From positions 1 to 38,193 of the forward strand of contig JBNKUM010000102.1 in assembly GCA_050298595.1 (NCBI GenBank): a stretch of 38,193 bases of DNA, given 5' to 3'. The number at the start of each line of letters is the position of its first letter. The first letter of the stretch is position 1. The position numbers and the translations under genes are program-made. The stretch is from Gammaproteobacteria bacterium. Its GTDB lineage: Bacteria; Pseudomonadota; Gammaproteobacteria; GCA-001735895. Below the pieces are notes generated by a model, which worked only from the letters and a program-made list of their open reading frames with translations, ran no database searches and was not told the DNA's origin. Below, piece after piece: positions 28,608-37,176 of the stretch.

Positions 28608-31469
28608 ATGCAAAACATCGAATCACCACTATCAAAAGAAAATGAATCCAGCACCTTTGACATGTTAGATCCAACCACCGAAAGCGAAATCAGCCAGGCT
28701 TCCAACCACTACAATGTGGTGCGCCGTAACGGCAAACTAACGGTATTCGATAAGGAAAAGATAGTCGTTGCCATGACCAAGGCTTTTCTGGCGGTAGAAG
28801 GCGGACAAGCAGCAGCATCTTCACGCGTACATCAAACCGTTGAAAAGCTGACCAATCTGGTAGTAGAAAACCTCAAACGTCGTCAGCCCAATGGCGGCAC
28901 CTTCCTGATTGAAGACATTCAGGATCAGGTAGAACTCGCCATGATGCGTAATGGTGAGCAAAAGGTAGCCCGCGCCTATGTGCTATACCGCGAAAGACAG
29001 GCTGAGAAACGCGCTTCTGAGCAGACTAACGTTGCAGTTATCGAACCCGATCAGGACGAAGTCACTATCCACGTTAAAACCAGCGACGGTCGCAAAGAGC
29101 CTCTGGATATACAGCGTCTGCAACAGGTTATCGCCGATGCCTGCTCTGGTCTCGACAGTACTAACCCTGTGCGTGTCTATAACGACACCCTGCGCAACCT
29201 GTTCGATGGCGTAGCCGAACGCGATGTAAGCCCAATGATGGTCATGAGTGCACGTTCACTGATTGATATCGAACCCGATTACTCACAGGTTGCCGCACGC
29301 CTACTGCTAGACAGCCTGCGTACCGAAACCCTGCGCTTTATTGGTGATGGCAGCCCCAATGCGACTTACCAGGAAATGGCCGAGCGCTATCCTGGGTATT
29401 TTGCACATTACATTAAAAGGGCCGTTGAACTGGAGCATCTGGATAGTGAGTTGCTTAAGTTTGACCTGCCACGTTTAGGTGCGGCCATCAAATCAGATCG
29501 AGATCACCAGTTTACCTATCTCGGCCTGCAGACCCTGTATGACCGTTACTTCATCCATCACGATGACACTCGTTTTGAATTGCCGCAGGCATTCTTTATG
29601 CGCGTTGCCATGGGCCTTGCCATCAACGAAGTAGATCGTGAAACCCGCGCCATCGAATTCTATGACCTGCTGTCTTCATTCGATTTCATGAGCAGCACAC
29701 CTACCCTGTTCAACTCTGGCACCCTACGTCCACAGCTTTCCAGCTGCTACCTGACCACAGTGCCCGATGATCTGGACGGTATCTTCAGCGCGATTAAAGA
29801 TGATGCCCTGCTATCCAAATTTGCCGGAGGTCTGGGCAACGACTGGACCCGTGTTCGTGGCATGGGCTCGCACATTAAGGGCACCAATGGCAAATCACAG
29901 GGTGTCGTACCTTTCCTTAAGGTCGCCAACGATACAGCGGTTGCGGTGAATCAGGGTGGTAAGCGTAAAGGCGCCATGTGTGCCTACCTGGAAACCTGGC
30001 ACCTGGATATCGAAGACTTCCTCGAGCTGCGTAAGAATACCGGTGACGAGCGTCGTCGTACCCACGACATGAATACCTCTAACTGGATTCCTGACCTGTT
30101 CATGAAACGCGTTGCCGAAGATGCCGAATGGACCCTGTTCTCTCCAGACGATGCACCCGATCTGCATGACCTGTATGGCACCCAGTTCGAACTGGCTTAT
30201 ATCAGGTATGAAGAAAAAGCCAGACGTGGTGACATCAAAATGTATAAAACCGTTAAAGCTACCGACCTGTGGCGCAAGATGCTCGGCATGCTGTTTGAAA
30301 CCGGTCATCCATGGGTGACCTTCAAAGATCCCTGTAACCTGCGTTCACCACAGCAGCACATCGGCGTGGTACACAGCTCAAACCTGTGCACCGAGATCAC
30401 GCTAAATACCTCAGATACCGAGATCGCCGTATGTAACCTGGGCTCCATCAATCTGCCGCAACACATAGATGAGAATGGACTGAACCTGGAAAAGCTGGAA
30501 AAAACTATCAATACCGCCATGCGCATGCTGGATAACGTGATTGACTACAATTACTACAGCGTACCGCAGGCACGTATCTCAAACCTGCGTCACCGTCCGG
30601 TGGGCATGGGCATTATGGGATTCCAGGATGCACTGTATAAGCAACATATCGCCTACTCCTCTGAACAGGCGATTGAATTTGCCGATCAGTCTATGGAAGC
30701 CGTCAGCTACTACGCCATCCAGGCATCGACCAATCTGGCAGAAGAACGCGGCAGCTACTCCAGCTACCCCGGATCTTTATGGAGCCAGGGCGTACTGCCT
30801 ATCGACTCCATCCAGAACCTGAAAGATGCGCGTGGCGATTACTTGCAGCAGGACATGAGCAGCACTATGAACTGGGACAGCCTGCGCGAGCGTGTGATGA
30901 AGGTCGGTATGCGTAACTCCAACACCATGGCGATTGCACCTACCGCGACCATCTCTAACATCTGCGGTGTCAGCCAGTCGATTGAACCGATGTATCAAAA
31001 CCTGTTCGTTAAATCCAACCTGTCGGGTGAATTCACCGTGGTCAATCCCTACCTGATCAAGGACCTGAAAGCCTATGGTCTGTGGGATGACGTCATGATC
31101 AACGACCTGAAATACTTCGACGGCAGCGTACAGAATATCGAACGTGTACCGGAAAGCCTGAAAACCCTCTACGCCACTGCCTTCGAAATGGATTCACGCT
31201 GGCTGGTAGAAGCCGGTTCACGCCGCCAGAAATGGCTGGATCAGGCGCAGTCACTCAACCTGTACATGGCAGAACCTTCTGGCAAGGCGCTGGACAACCT
31301 GTACAAGCTAGCCTGGGTACGCGGTTTGAAAACCACTTATTACTTACGTTCGATGGGTGCAACCAGCGTCGAGAAAACAACCACTCGAGAAAGTGATGAA
31401 ACCCCGGTCGAAAACGACATGCCAAAAGCATGCTCGATACTGGATCCGGACTGCGAAGCATGTCAATAG
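28608..31469 (+). CDS. nrdA: Ribonucleoside-diphosphate reductase class Ia, alpha subunit, with two ATP-cone-like domains
   Basis: TPTLFN, LSSCYL, SSNLCTEI, VCNLGS, APTATIS, KTTYY, C-terminal CEACQ; cones start VVRRNG and VKTSDG. Confidence 0.99.
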   Translation: MQNIESPLSKENESSTFDMLDPTTESEISQASNHYNVVRRNGKLTVFDKEKIVVAMTKAFLAVEGGQAAASSRVHQTVEKLTNLVVENLKRRQPNGGTFLIEDIQDQVELAMMRNGEQKVARAYVLYRERQAEKRASEQTNVAVIEPDQDEVTIHVKTSDGRKEPLDIQRLQQVIADACSGLDSTNPVRVYNDTLRNLFDGVAERDVSPMMVMSARSLIDIEPDYSQVAARLLLDSLRTETLRFIGDGSPNATYQEMAERYPGYFAHYIKRAVELEHLDSELLKFDLPRLGAAIKSDRDHQFTYLGLQTLYDRYFIHHDDTRFELPQAFFMRVAMGLAINEVDRETRAIEFYDLLSSFDFMSSTPTLFNSGTLRPQLSSCYLTTVPDDLDGIFSAIKDDALLSKFAGGLGNDWTRVRGMGSHIKGTNGKSQGVVPFLKVANDTAVAVNQGGKRKGAMCAYLETWHLDIEDFLELRKNTGDERRRTHDMNTSNWIPDLFMKRVAEDAEWTLFSPDDAPDLHDLYGTQFELAYIRYEEKARRGDIKMYKTVKATDLWRKMLGMLFETGHPWVTFKDPCNLRSPQQHIGVVHSSNLCTEITLNTSDTEIAVCNLGSINLPQHIDENGLNLEKLEKTINTAMRMLDNVIDYNYYSVPQARISNLRHRPVGMGIMGFQDALYKQHIAYSSEQAIEFADQSMEAVSYYAIQASTNLAEERGSYSSYPGSLWSQGVLPIDSIQNLKDARGDYLQQDMSSTMNWDSLRERVMKVGMRNSNTMAIAPTATISNICGVSQSIEPMYQNLFVKSNLSGEFTVVNPYLIKDLKAYGLWDDVMINDLKYFDGSVQNIERVPESLKTLYATAFEMDSRWLVEAGSRRQKWLDQAQSLNLYMAEPSGKALDNLYKLAWVRGLKTTYYLRSMGATSVEKTTTRESDETPVENDMPKACSILDPDCEACQ

Positions 31470-31509
31470 CCACTACTCATTACAATTAAGCGCAAGAGGT
31501 AAATAAGCA

Positions 31510-32766
31510 ATGTTAAACTGGGATAACCCCTTAGCAGTACCAGCTAAATCAGCTCCTGAACAGTCTGTTGTCAATCAGTCTATTCAACAGAAATTACAAC
31601 CGTCACTGAGAGAGCCGGAGCCAGCTACAAAGACTCCAGCCCCTGTAGTGAACGACACTGTGGCGCGTTCTCCTCAACCGGCGCAATCGCCGCCCGAGAA
31701 AACTATCAAGGTCAAGTCGCACACAACTTCTGTGCCTGAAATGCCTGCTTTCAGCAAGTCGGCCAAGCCGATCAACCCTGATGACAAGCGTGTTGTCAAT
31801 GGTATGGCAGATATCAATCAGCTGGCCCCATTCAAATACCCATGGGCGTGGAATTATTTCCTCAATGCCAACAAAAATCACTGGACGCCACTCGACGTCA
31901 ACATGACGCAGGACATCCATGACTACAACCACAAACTGACACTGGAAGAAAAGCACGTTTACGACAATGTACTGGCTTATCTGACGACCTCAGACATCCT
32001 CGCGATGCGTAACATCGGCCTGGCAGTGATGGAAAAAATGACAGCCCCTGAGTTACAGATTTATCAGGCACGTCAGGTGTATGAAGAATCCATGCACACC
32101 TGGACTTACCAGCACTGCATAGAAACACTGGGACTGGATCAGGGTGAAGTGTATAACCGCTATCGCGTCGTGCCAGAAATCCACGCCAAGATCAATATGG
32201 CGAATTCACGCCTGAGTTCCATCCTGCGCAGCGATATCGACCTGACCAACCGTGATGAACTGGAAAATTTCGTCATGGCTTACACCTTCTTCGCCGCCAT
32301 CTTCGAAGGCGCCTGGTTCTACAATGGCTTCACCCCTATTTTCGCGCTGCAACGTCGTGGTCTGATGAAAGGCACCGCCGAACAGTTCCAGTACATCATG
32401 CGCGATGAAGTCATGCATGCCTCCTTCGGCATCCGCGTGTGCAAACAGATCATGCTGGAAGAAAAAATCTCACTCGACCCTAAAGCTATCCAGCAAATGT
32501 GGGAAGAAGCAGAAGCCTGTGAATCAAACTATGCAAAATACCTGCTGCCTGATCCCATTCTCGGCTACAGCCATGCTGATCACATTGGTCAATTCCGCTT
32601 TGTCGCCAATCGTCGCGCCAGAAGCCTGGGCCACAAAGAACCCTTCCCTGGAGCAGAAAACACCCTGCCCTGGCTGGACGAACAGGCCAACCTGAAGAAG
32701 GAAAAGAACTTCTTTGAGACACGCGTAACTGAATACCAGACGGGTGGCGCTTTAAACTGGGATTAA
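31510..32766 (+). CDS. nrdB: Ribonucleotide reductase class Ia, beta subunit, with Pro-rich N-terminal extension
   Basis: TSD ligand, EESMHTWTY (radical Tyr present), FEGAWFYNGF, RDEVMH, NFFETRVTEY. Confidence 0.98.
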   Translation: MLNWDNPLAVPAKSAPEQSVVNQSIQQKLQPSLREPEPATKTPAPVVNDTVARSPQPAQSPPEKTIKVKSHTTSVPEMPAFSKSAKPINPDDKRVVNGMADINQLAPFKYPWAWNYFLNANKNHWTPLDVNMTQDIHDYNHKLTLEEKHVYDNVLAYLTTSDILAMRNIGLAVMEKMTAPELQIYQARQVYEESMHTWTYQHCIETLGLDQGEVYNRYRVVPEIHAKINMANSRLSSILRSDIDLTNRDELENFVMAYTFFAAIFEGAWFYNGFTPIFALQRRGLMKGTAEQFQYIMRDEVMHASFGIRVCKQIMLEEKISLDPKAIQQMWEEAEACESNYAKYLLPDPILGYSHADHIGQFRFVANRRARSLGHKEPFPGAENTLPWLDEQANLKKEKNFFETRVTEYQTGGALNWD

Positions 32767-32780
32767 ATGCTTTTACTATT

Positions 32781-32808
32781 GGGGTACCAGCACCAGGCCT
32801 GGCACCCC
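32781..32808 (+). terminator. GC-rich hairpin after nrdB (weak terminator or mRNA stabiliser)
   Basis: GGGGTACCAG-CACCAGGC-CTGGCACCCC, one mismatch, no U-tract. Confidence 0.4.
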
Positions 32809-32830
32809 ATAACTTACGGTTGAACTGAAC

Positions 32831-33046
32831 ATGGAAAAAGTTAATCAGCATTTCAGCAGTAGTATCGAAAACATATTTCAGGATGTCATCGCTGCCGATT
32901 CAGTCATCAATGAGCTGGATCAGATGTTTTACCGCGCAACCAGACAAAGCACAACTCAAAGCTACCTGACTGTATCCATTCATTTGAATGATTTATCGCT
33001 ATCGTATCGAGAGTTAAAAAAACTGCTTATGGCCTATAGCAACTAA
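32831..33046 (+). CDS. Small hypothetical protein
   Basis: 71-aa ORF filling the nrdB-ridA gap in the same orientation; no motif recognised. Confidence 0.4.
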   Translation: MEKVNQHFSSSIENIFQDVIAADSVINELDQMFYRATRQSTTQSYLTVSIHLNDLSLSYRELKKLLMAYSN

Positions 33047-33061
33047 ACAAAGAACAACACT

Positions 33062-33418
33062 ATGAGCATTACCCGCCTGGGCACCGAACGCCGCCGTATG
33101 AGCAAAATCGTTATTAACAATGGCACCATCTATTTATGTGGACAGGTTGCCAAAGACGCCGAAGCCGACATCAGTGAACAAACCAGCAGCATGCTGGAAA
33201 AGGTTGACGAGTTATTAATACAGGCAGGCAGTGACCGCAAGCATATCCTGTCAGCCACTATCTACATAAAAGATATGCAGTATTTCTCAGCCATGAATGA
33301 AGTATGGGATAACTGGGTAATAGAAGGCCACTCACCAGCCAGAGCCTGCGTACAGGCACAAATGGCAAGACCAGAATTACTAGTTGAAATATCAGTAATA
33401 GCGGCGGTGATTGAGTAG
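33062..33418 (+). CDS. RidA/YjgF family protein (Rid2/YoaB-like)
   Basis: [36 protein letters not shown]. Confidence 0.95.
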   Translation: MSITRLGTERRRMSKIVINNGTIYLCGQVAKDAEADISEQTSSMLEKVDELLIQAGSDRKHILSATIYIKDMQYFSAMNEVWDNWVIEGHSPARACVQAQMARPELLVEISVIAAVIE

Positions 33419-33674
33419 TCACAACACTGTTAATTTAATCAAGGAAGTAAAATTATGGGTCGAACATATGGAACACAAAAAGGAATTAATCATTGTCGAT
33501 AGCGAATTGCATGCAGCCGATGCACTCATCATGCAACTCGACCAGGCGATACAAGGCACCAGAAACATGCAACTGTCAAAACAGTTGAATGAGATTTCGG
33601 ATTGTTATGAAGTAATAAAGAAGTTGATGAATACAGCTCAAGGCTCTAACGAGAGCGACAAGCCTCCTGAATAA
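33411..33674 (+). CDS. Small hypothetical helical protein
   Basis: 87-aa ORF overlapping the RidA stop; start uncertain. Confidence 0.4.
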   Translation: MSSHNTVNLIKEVKLWVEHMEHKKELIIVDSELHAADALIMQLDQAIQGTRNMQLSKQLNEISDCYEVIKKLMNTAQGSNESDKPPE

Positions 33675-33806
33675 GGAAAAATGATAGCTTCTATGACACT
33701 AAGCCTTTGGGCATCCTGTTATAGCGAGTACTCAGGGGCATAAACTTCGTTCGGCAGTCCAGTCGGTTGATAAGATACAGCAGTACAATTTATTGAGAAT
33801 AAAACA

Positions 33807-34433
33807 ATGAGCGAACAGAAAAACAAACTCATCACCATGCTCCAGCTACAGGGTGAAATGAATCTCTGGGTCCACAAAGACTGGGCCAACCAGGGCTTTG
33901 AATGGCACCGCGCCATCTGGATAGAAGCCTCAGAAATGCTCGAGCACTACGGCTGGAAATGGTGGAAGCACCAGAAGCCCGACCTCGCCCAGGTCAAACT
34001 CGAAGTCATCGACATCGTACACTTCATGCTCAGCATTGAACTCACCTCCGGCAAAAGCCTGGAACAGATTGCTGATGGTATCAGTAGTGACTTCGCCCTG
34101 CCCCGCTCTACCGATGACATCAAAACCACCATTGAATTACTCGCAATGGAAACCCTGCAGGATAAACAGGCACACTTCGATATTATCGCTGGCTTGATGC
34201 AACAACTGGAGATGGATTTTGACGAGCTTTATCAGCGTTATGTGGGTAAGAATGTATTGAATGTTTTTCGTCAGGATAATGGGTATAAAACGGGTGAGTA
34301 TATAAAGGAATGGAATGGGCGCGAGGATAATGAGTATCTGGAGGATATTTTGGGGACTTTGGATGTGAATAGTGCTTCTTATCGGGATGAGGTTTATGCT
34401 TCGTTGTCTAGTTGGTATCGGTCGGTGCAGTGA
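33807..34433 (+). CDS. Dimeric (all-alpha) dUTP diphosphatase
   Basis: EASEML, WKWWK, EVIDIVHF, YVGKNVLNVFRQDNGYKTGEY, WNGREDNE. Confidence 0.93.
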   Translation: MSEQKNKLITMLQLQGEMNLWVHKDWANQGFEWHRAIWIEASEMLEHYGWKWWKHQKPDLAQVKLEVIDIVHFMLSIELTSGKSLEQIADGISSDFALPRSTDDIKTTIELLAMETLQDKQAHFDIIAGLMQQLEMDFDELYQRYVGKNVLNVFRQDNGYKTGEYIKEWNGREDNEYLEDILGTLDVNSASYRDEVYASLSSWYRSVQ

Positions 34434-34452
34434 GCGATTGCACCGAGTAAAA

Positions 34453-34500
34453 TGCAACATAAGTCGATATTCGTGCGTGCAACATAATCACCTGTTAGCA
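34453..34500 (+). other. attI-like recombination site at the head of the cassette array
   Basis: ACATAAT-CACCT-GTTAGCA (L box, 5-bp spacer, core) plus TGCAACATAA direct repeats at 34453 and 34478. No attC hairpin precedes the core. Confidence 0.6.
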
Positions 34501-34519
34501 ACTAAACAAGGAGGCAAAT

Positions 34520-35041
34520 ATGGTTATCGATATGACATATGATGGTCAAATTATTGCATGGCCAGGCAGGGGTACATTTAAAGCAACTTCAGGCTTACCG
34601 GGCTCCCAACTGCCAAAAAACTCTTGTGTCCCAGATAGTGGACCGATCCCAGAGGGGTTATATAAGGTTTTTATTTCAAATCAAGGTACTGCACAAGATG
34701 ATGGTACAGGCTATTGCACACTGAGACCATCTTGGGGAATTCAGGAAATCCCTCGTGGTGCCGCCGCAGGAGGTTGTGAACCATACTGGGCAAATTGGGG
34801 TAGAAATAGAGCCAGAATGGAACCGGCTGATGCGTCTACAAAGAACCGGTGCTCGCCTGTTATGCGTGGTGGGTTTTATTTGCATGATTCAACTAAAGGC
34901 TACAGTCATGGATGTGTCGAAGCTGAAATGAGGCTGTTTCCACTACTGCGCACTTATCATAAAACGACTAAGAAAAGCACACTAATACTCAAGGTTTCAT
35001 ATGTCAACGGGAGAGCCACCAATGGCGGCACGAAAATATAA
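34520..35041 (+). CDS. Tlde1-like (DUF2778) L,D-transpeptidase-fold toxin, cassette 1
   Basis: FKATSG, GPIPEGLY, WG, RGGFYLHDSTKGYSHGCVE (His...Cys motif); AGGAGG RBS; no signal peptide. Confidence 0.85.
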   Translation: MVIDMTYDGQIIAWPGRGTFKATSGLPGSQLPKNSCVPDSGPIPEGLYKVFISNQGTAQDDGTGYCTLRPSWGIQEIPRGAAAGGCEPYWANWGRNRARMEPADASTKNRCSPVMRGGFYLHDSTKGYSHGCVEAEMRLFPLLRTYHKTTKKSTLILKVSYVNGRATNGGTKI

Positions 35042-35402
35042 GTTTATATTTGTATTCCTTGTTTCTTCGTGTGCGGTGGCGAATGATTCAGATAGCATAA
35101 ATATTAGCAACCAACTCTCATCCTGTATCACGGCAACTAATGCTGCAGTAACTGAGGATAGTGAAATACCTATTTTTTCGTTTGATTTAAAAATGGATAA
35201 ACCTATTTCTGAGTGTGGATGCAAGTCCGCCCTTGCGGCATATACCATATACACTATATCTGGAGATCATAAGTCATACATACTTGGAGGGAAAGTCGGC
35301 TTTATCGCTTCGTCACGCAAATTCCTCCCTCTCTCGGCTGAGAAGAAATTAATCCATAAGAAAAAACTTGTTATTGAGTTATCTTGTGCGCAGCCCGATT
35401 GA
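35022..35402 (+). CDS. Tldi1-like (DUF2195) periplasmic immunity protein, cassette 1
   Basis: Signal peptide; NQLSSC, ECGCKSAL, terminal LSCAQPD; overlaps the toxin gene by 20 nt. Confidence 0.8.
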   Translation: MAARKYKFIFVFLVSSCAVANDSDSINISNQLSSCITATNAAVTEDSEIPIFSFDLKMDKPISECGCKSALAAYTIYTISGDHKSYILGGKVGFIASSRKFLPLSAEKKLIHKKKLVIELSCAQPD

Positions 35403-35408
35403 CAACGT

Positions 35409-35477
35409 TGCTAACCAGGCGCTCCACCCGACCAAAATCCGCTACGCGGTTTTTGTCGGGTGAGCTGGTCGTTATGT
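35409..35477 (+). other. attC site 1 (canonical, 69 bp)
   Basis: TGCTAAC-CAGGC-GCTCCACC...GGTGAGC-TGGTC-GTTATGT. L'' carries the extra base; a second unpaired base lies in CGAC[C]AAAA. Confidence 0.93.
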
Positions 35478-35516
35478 TCCAAAAGCGATAAACGCAGCAA
35501 TCTTGAAAGGTAAAAA

Positions 35517-36053
35517 ATGAATCACCGAATTCTGGACAAATCAAAACAAAAAGAGGTGGAAGAACTATTCACTTCTGTATTCACCTCATCAGAGGGTGAA
35601 AAGGAAGGAATTCTGATTGGTAACCTTTCTTCGCAGTTGGCATCAAATATCGATGATAATGAAATAATCTGTTTTGGCGTATATGAAAAAGAAACACTCA
35701 TTGGTTCTATATTCTTCACCCGCCTACAGTTTAGTAAGCCTATCCAGGTTTACATGCTTGCCCCGGTTGCAGTAGGCGCTGAACATCAGGGAAAAGGCAT
35801 CGGGCAGGCACTAATCAATTACGGACTTAATCAACTCAAAAAGCGCTCTGTTAATGCTGTTGTCACATATGGGGATCCATCGTTTTATTCAAAGGTGGGA
35901 TTTCAGGCGCTTTCGGAAAATGTAATTCAGGCTCCGCTAAAGCTTTCAATGCCTTTTGGCTGGCTCGGCCAATCTTTAACGGAAGAGCCTATTCCAACTA
36001 TTAACGAACGCCCCATGTGTGTTAAGGAATTCAATGACCCTGTTTATTGGTAA
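35517..36053 (+). CDS. GNAT-family N-acetyltransferase (YhbS-like), cassette 2
   Basis: LAPVAV..HQGKGIG, YGDPSFYSKVGF. Confidence 0.92.
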   Translation: MNHRILDKSKQKEVEELFTSVFTSSEGEKEGILIGNLSSQLASNIDDNEIICFGVYEKETLIGSIFFTRLQFSKPIQVYMLAPVAVGAEHQGKGIGQALINYGLNQLKKRSVNAVVTYGDPSFYSKVGFQALSENVIQAPLKLSMPFGWLGQSLTEEPIPTINERPMCVKEFNDPVYW

Positions 36054-36061
36054 ACAAAAGA

Positions 36062-36151
36062 ACATAACAATCACATGCACTCGGACAGTAAAAGGCGCCG
36101 CTCGTTCCTCGCTCTGCTTTTTACTGTCCGAGTGCATGTGAAGCGTTATGT
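36062..36151 (+). other. attC site 2 (90 bp) with perfectly paired arms
   Basis: ACATAAC...GTTATGT; 36071-36093 is the exact reverse complement of 36119-36141. Confidence 0.88.
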
Positions 36152-36177
36152 GATTTAAACAAGGACTGTATTTACAT

Positions 36178-37083
36178 ATGATTCAAGAGCCAACAACTTT
36201 AATCTTAGGTGCAGGTGCTAGCATACACGCTGGCTATCCCTTAGGGTCGGCACTAATAAACGATCTCTGTAATAATCGAGGTACAGGAGCTGAGGGTGAA
36301 TATCCTAATGGTTGGACGGTTGAAGATACTGATGGATTCATTACTAGACTGAGCCGTGCCGGATATTACTCAATTGATGCGTTTTTGGAAACTGTCCCAG
36401 AACTTTCAGAGATGGGGAAATTTTTACTGGCGAAGGAAATTAAACGGCACGAAAATTTAAACAGTTTGTTTCCACCGTCAAACTCGGGATGGTATCAGTA
36501 TCTTTTAAATAGTTTGCTAGACAATAATCATCCAAGCGGTTTTGCTTCAAGTAGACTTAATATAATTACTTTTAATTATGATCGATCTGTCGAGGCTTAC
36601 TTGCATCAATCACTAATGTCACGCTTTGATATGTCATCTGATGATGCTAATGATTTCCTTTTACAAATTCCTATTATCCACGTGCATGGCTTGCTTGGGT
36701 CATTTCCTGAGGTTTCATATGCATCTAATTGCTCCGTAGATACACTTTATGAAATTTCAAAACAAATTAAAATCATCCATGAAGTGAAAGATCAAGATGA
36801 AGGATTCTGCAGCTTGGAGTTCGAACAAGCTCATAAATTATTATCTGAGTCGGTGCGAATAATATTTTTAGGTTTTGGCTTTCATCCCGACAATATAAGG
36901 CGGCTTCAGTTTTTTTCACCCGAAAATATGGAAGGAAGAGAAGTATTTGCCACCTCGCGAGGTTTGGGACCGATTGATTTAGCTTCATTGCATGAACGCC
37001 TCGGGCCTTTAGGCTTTAGGCCTGAGATGTTTAACAGTAGCCCTTGCGATAGATTTTTCTCGCATGTAACTCCGCTTAGGTAA
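36178..37083 (+). CDS. SIR2-like domain protein, cassette 3
   Basis: ILGAGAS...GYP, ITFNYD, IIHVHG, IFLGFGF match the SIR2-like motif order. Confidence 0.8.
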   Translation: MIQEPTTLILGAGASIHAGYPLGSALINDLCNNRGTGAEGEYPNGWTVEDTDGFITRLSRAGYYSIDAFLETVPELSEMGKFLLAKEIKRHENLNSLFPPSNSGWYQYLLNSLLDNNHPSGFASSRLNIITFNYDRSVEAYLHQSLMSRFDMSSDDANDFLLQIPIIHVHGLLGSFPEVSYASNCSVDTLYEISKQIKIIHEVKDQDEGFCSLEFEQAHKLLSESVRIIFLGFGFHPDNIRRLQFFSPENMEGREVFATSRGLGPIDLASLHERLGPLGFRPEMFNSSPCDRFFSHVTPLR

Positions 37084-37105
37084 GAATTATTATTTTAATA
37101 ACATT

Positions 37106-37157
37106 ACATAAAACATGATAATGAGACCCGGGGGTCTCGTTTATCATTCTGTTAGGC
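37106..37157 (+). other. Atypical or degenerate cassette junction (52 bp)
   Basis: ACATAAA, then the hairpin ATGATAA-T-GAGACCC-GG-GGGTCTC-GT-TTATCAT, then TCT-GTTAGGC. Confidence 0.6.
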
Positions 37158-37176
37158 TACAGAGAAATAGATATCT

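Noticed and set aside
31510-32766. NrdB as class Ic (Mn/Fe) or metal-free class Ie
   Set aside because: The first ligand is Asp, the radical Tyr is present (HTWTY) and the Glu/His ligands are intact, consistent with class Ia.
28608-34433. nrdAB plus dimeric dUTPase as prophage auxiliary genes
   Set aside because: Host-type NrdR/DnaA regulation, backbone-like composition and no phage structural or integrase genes.
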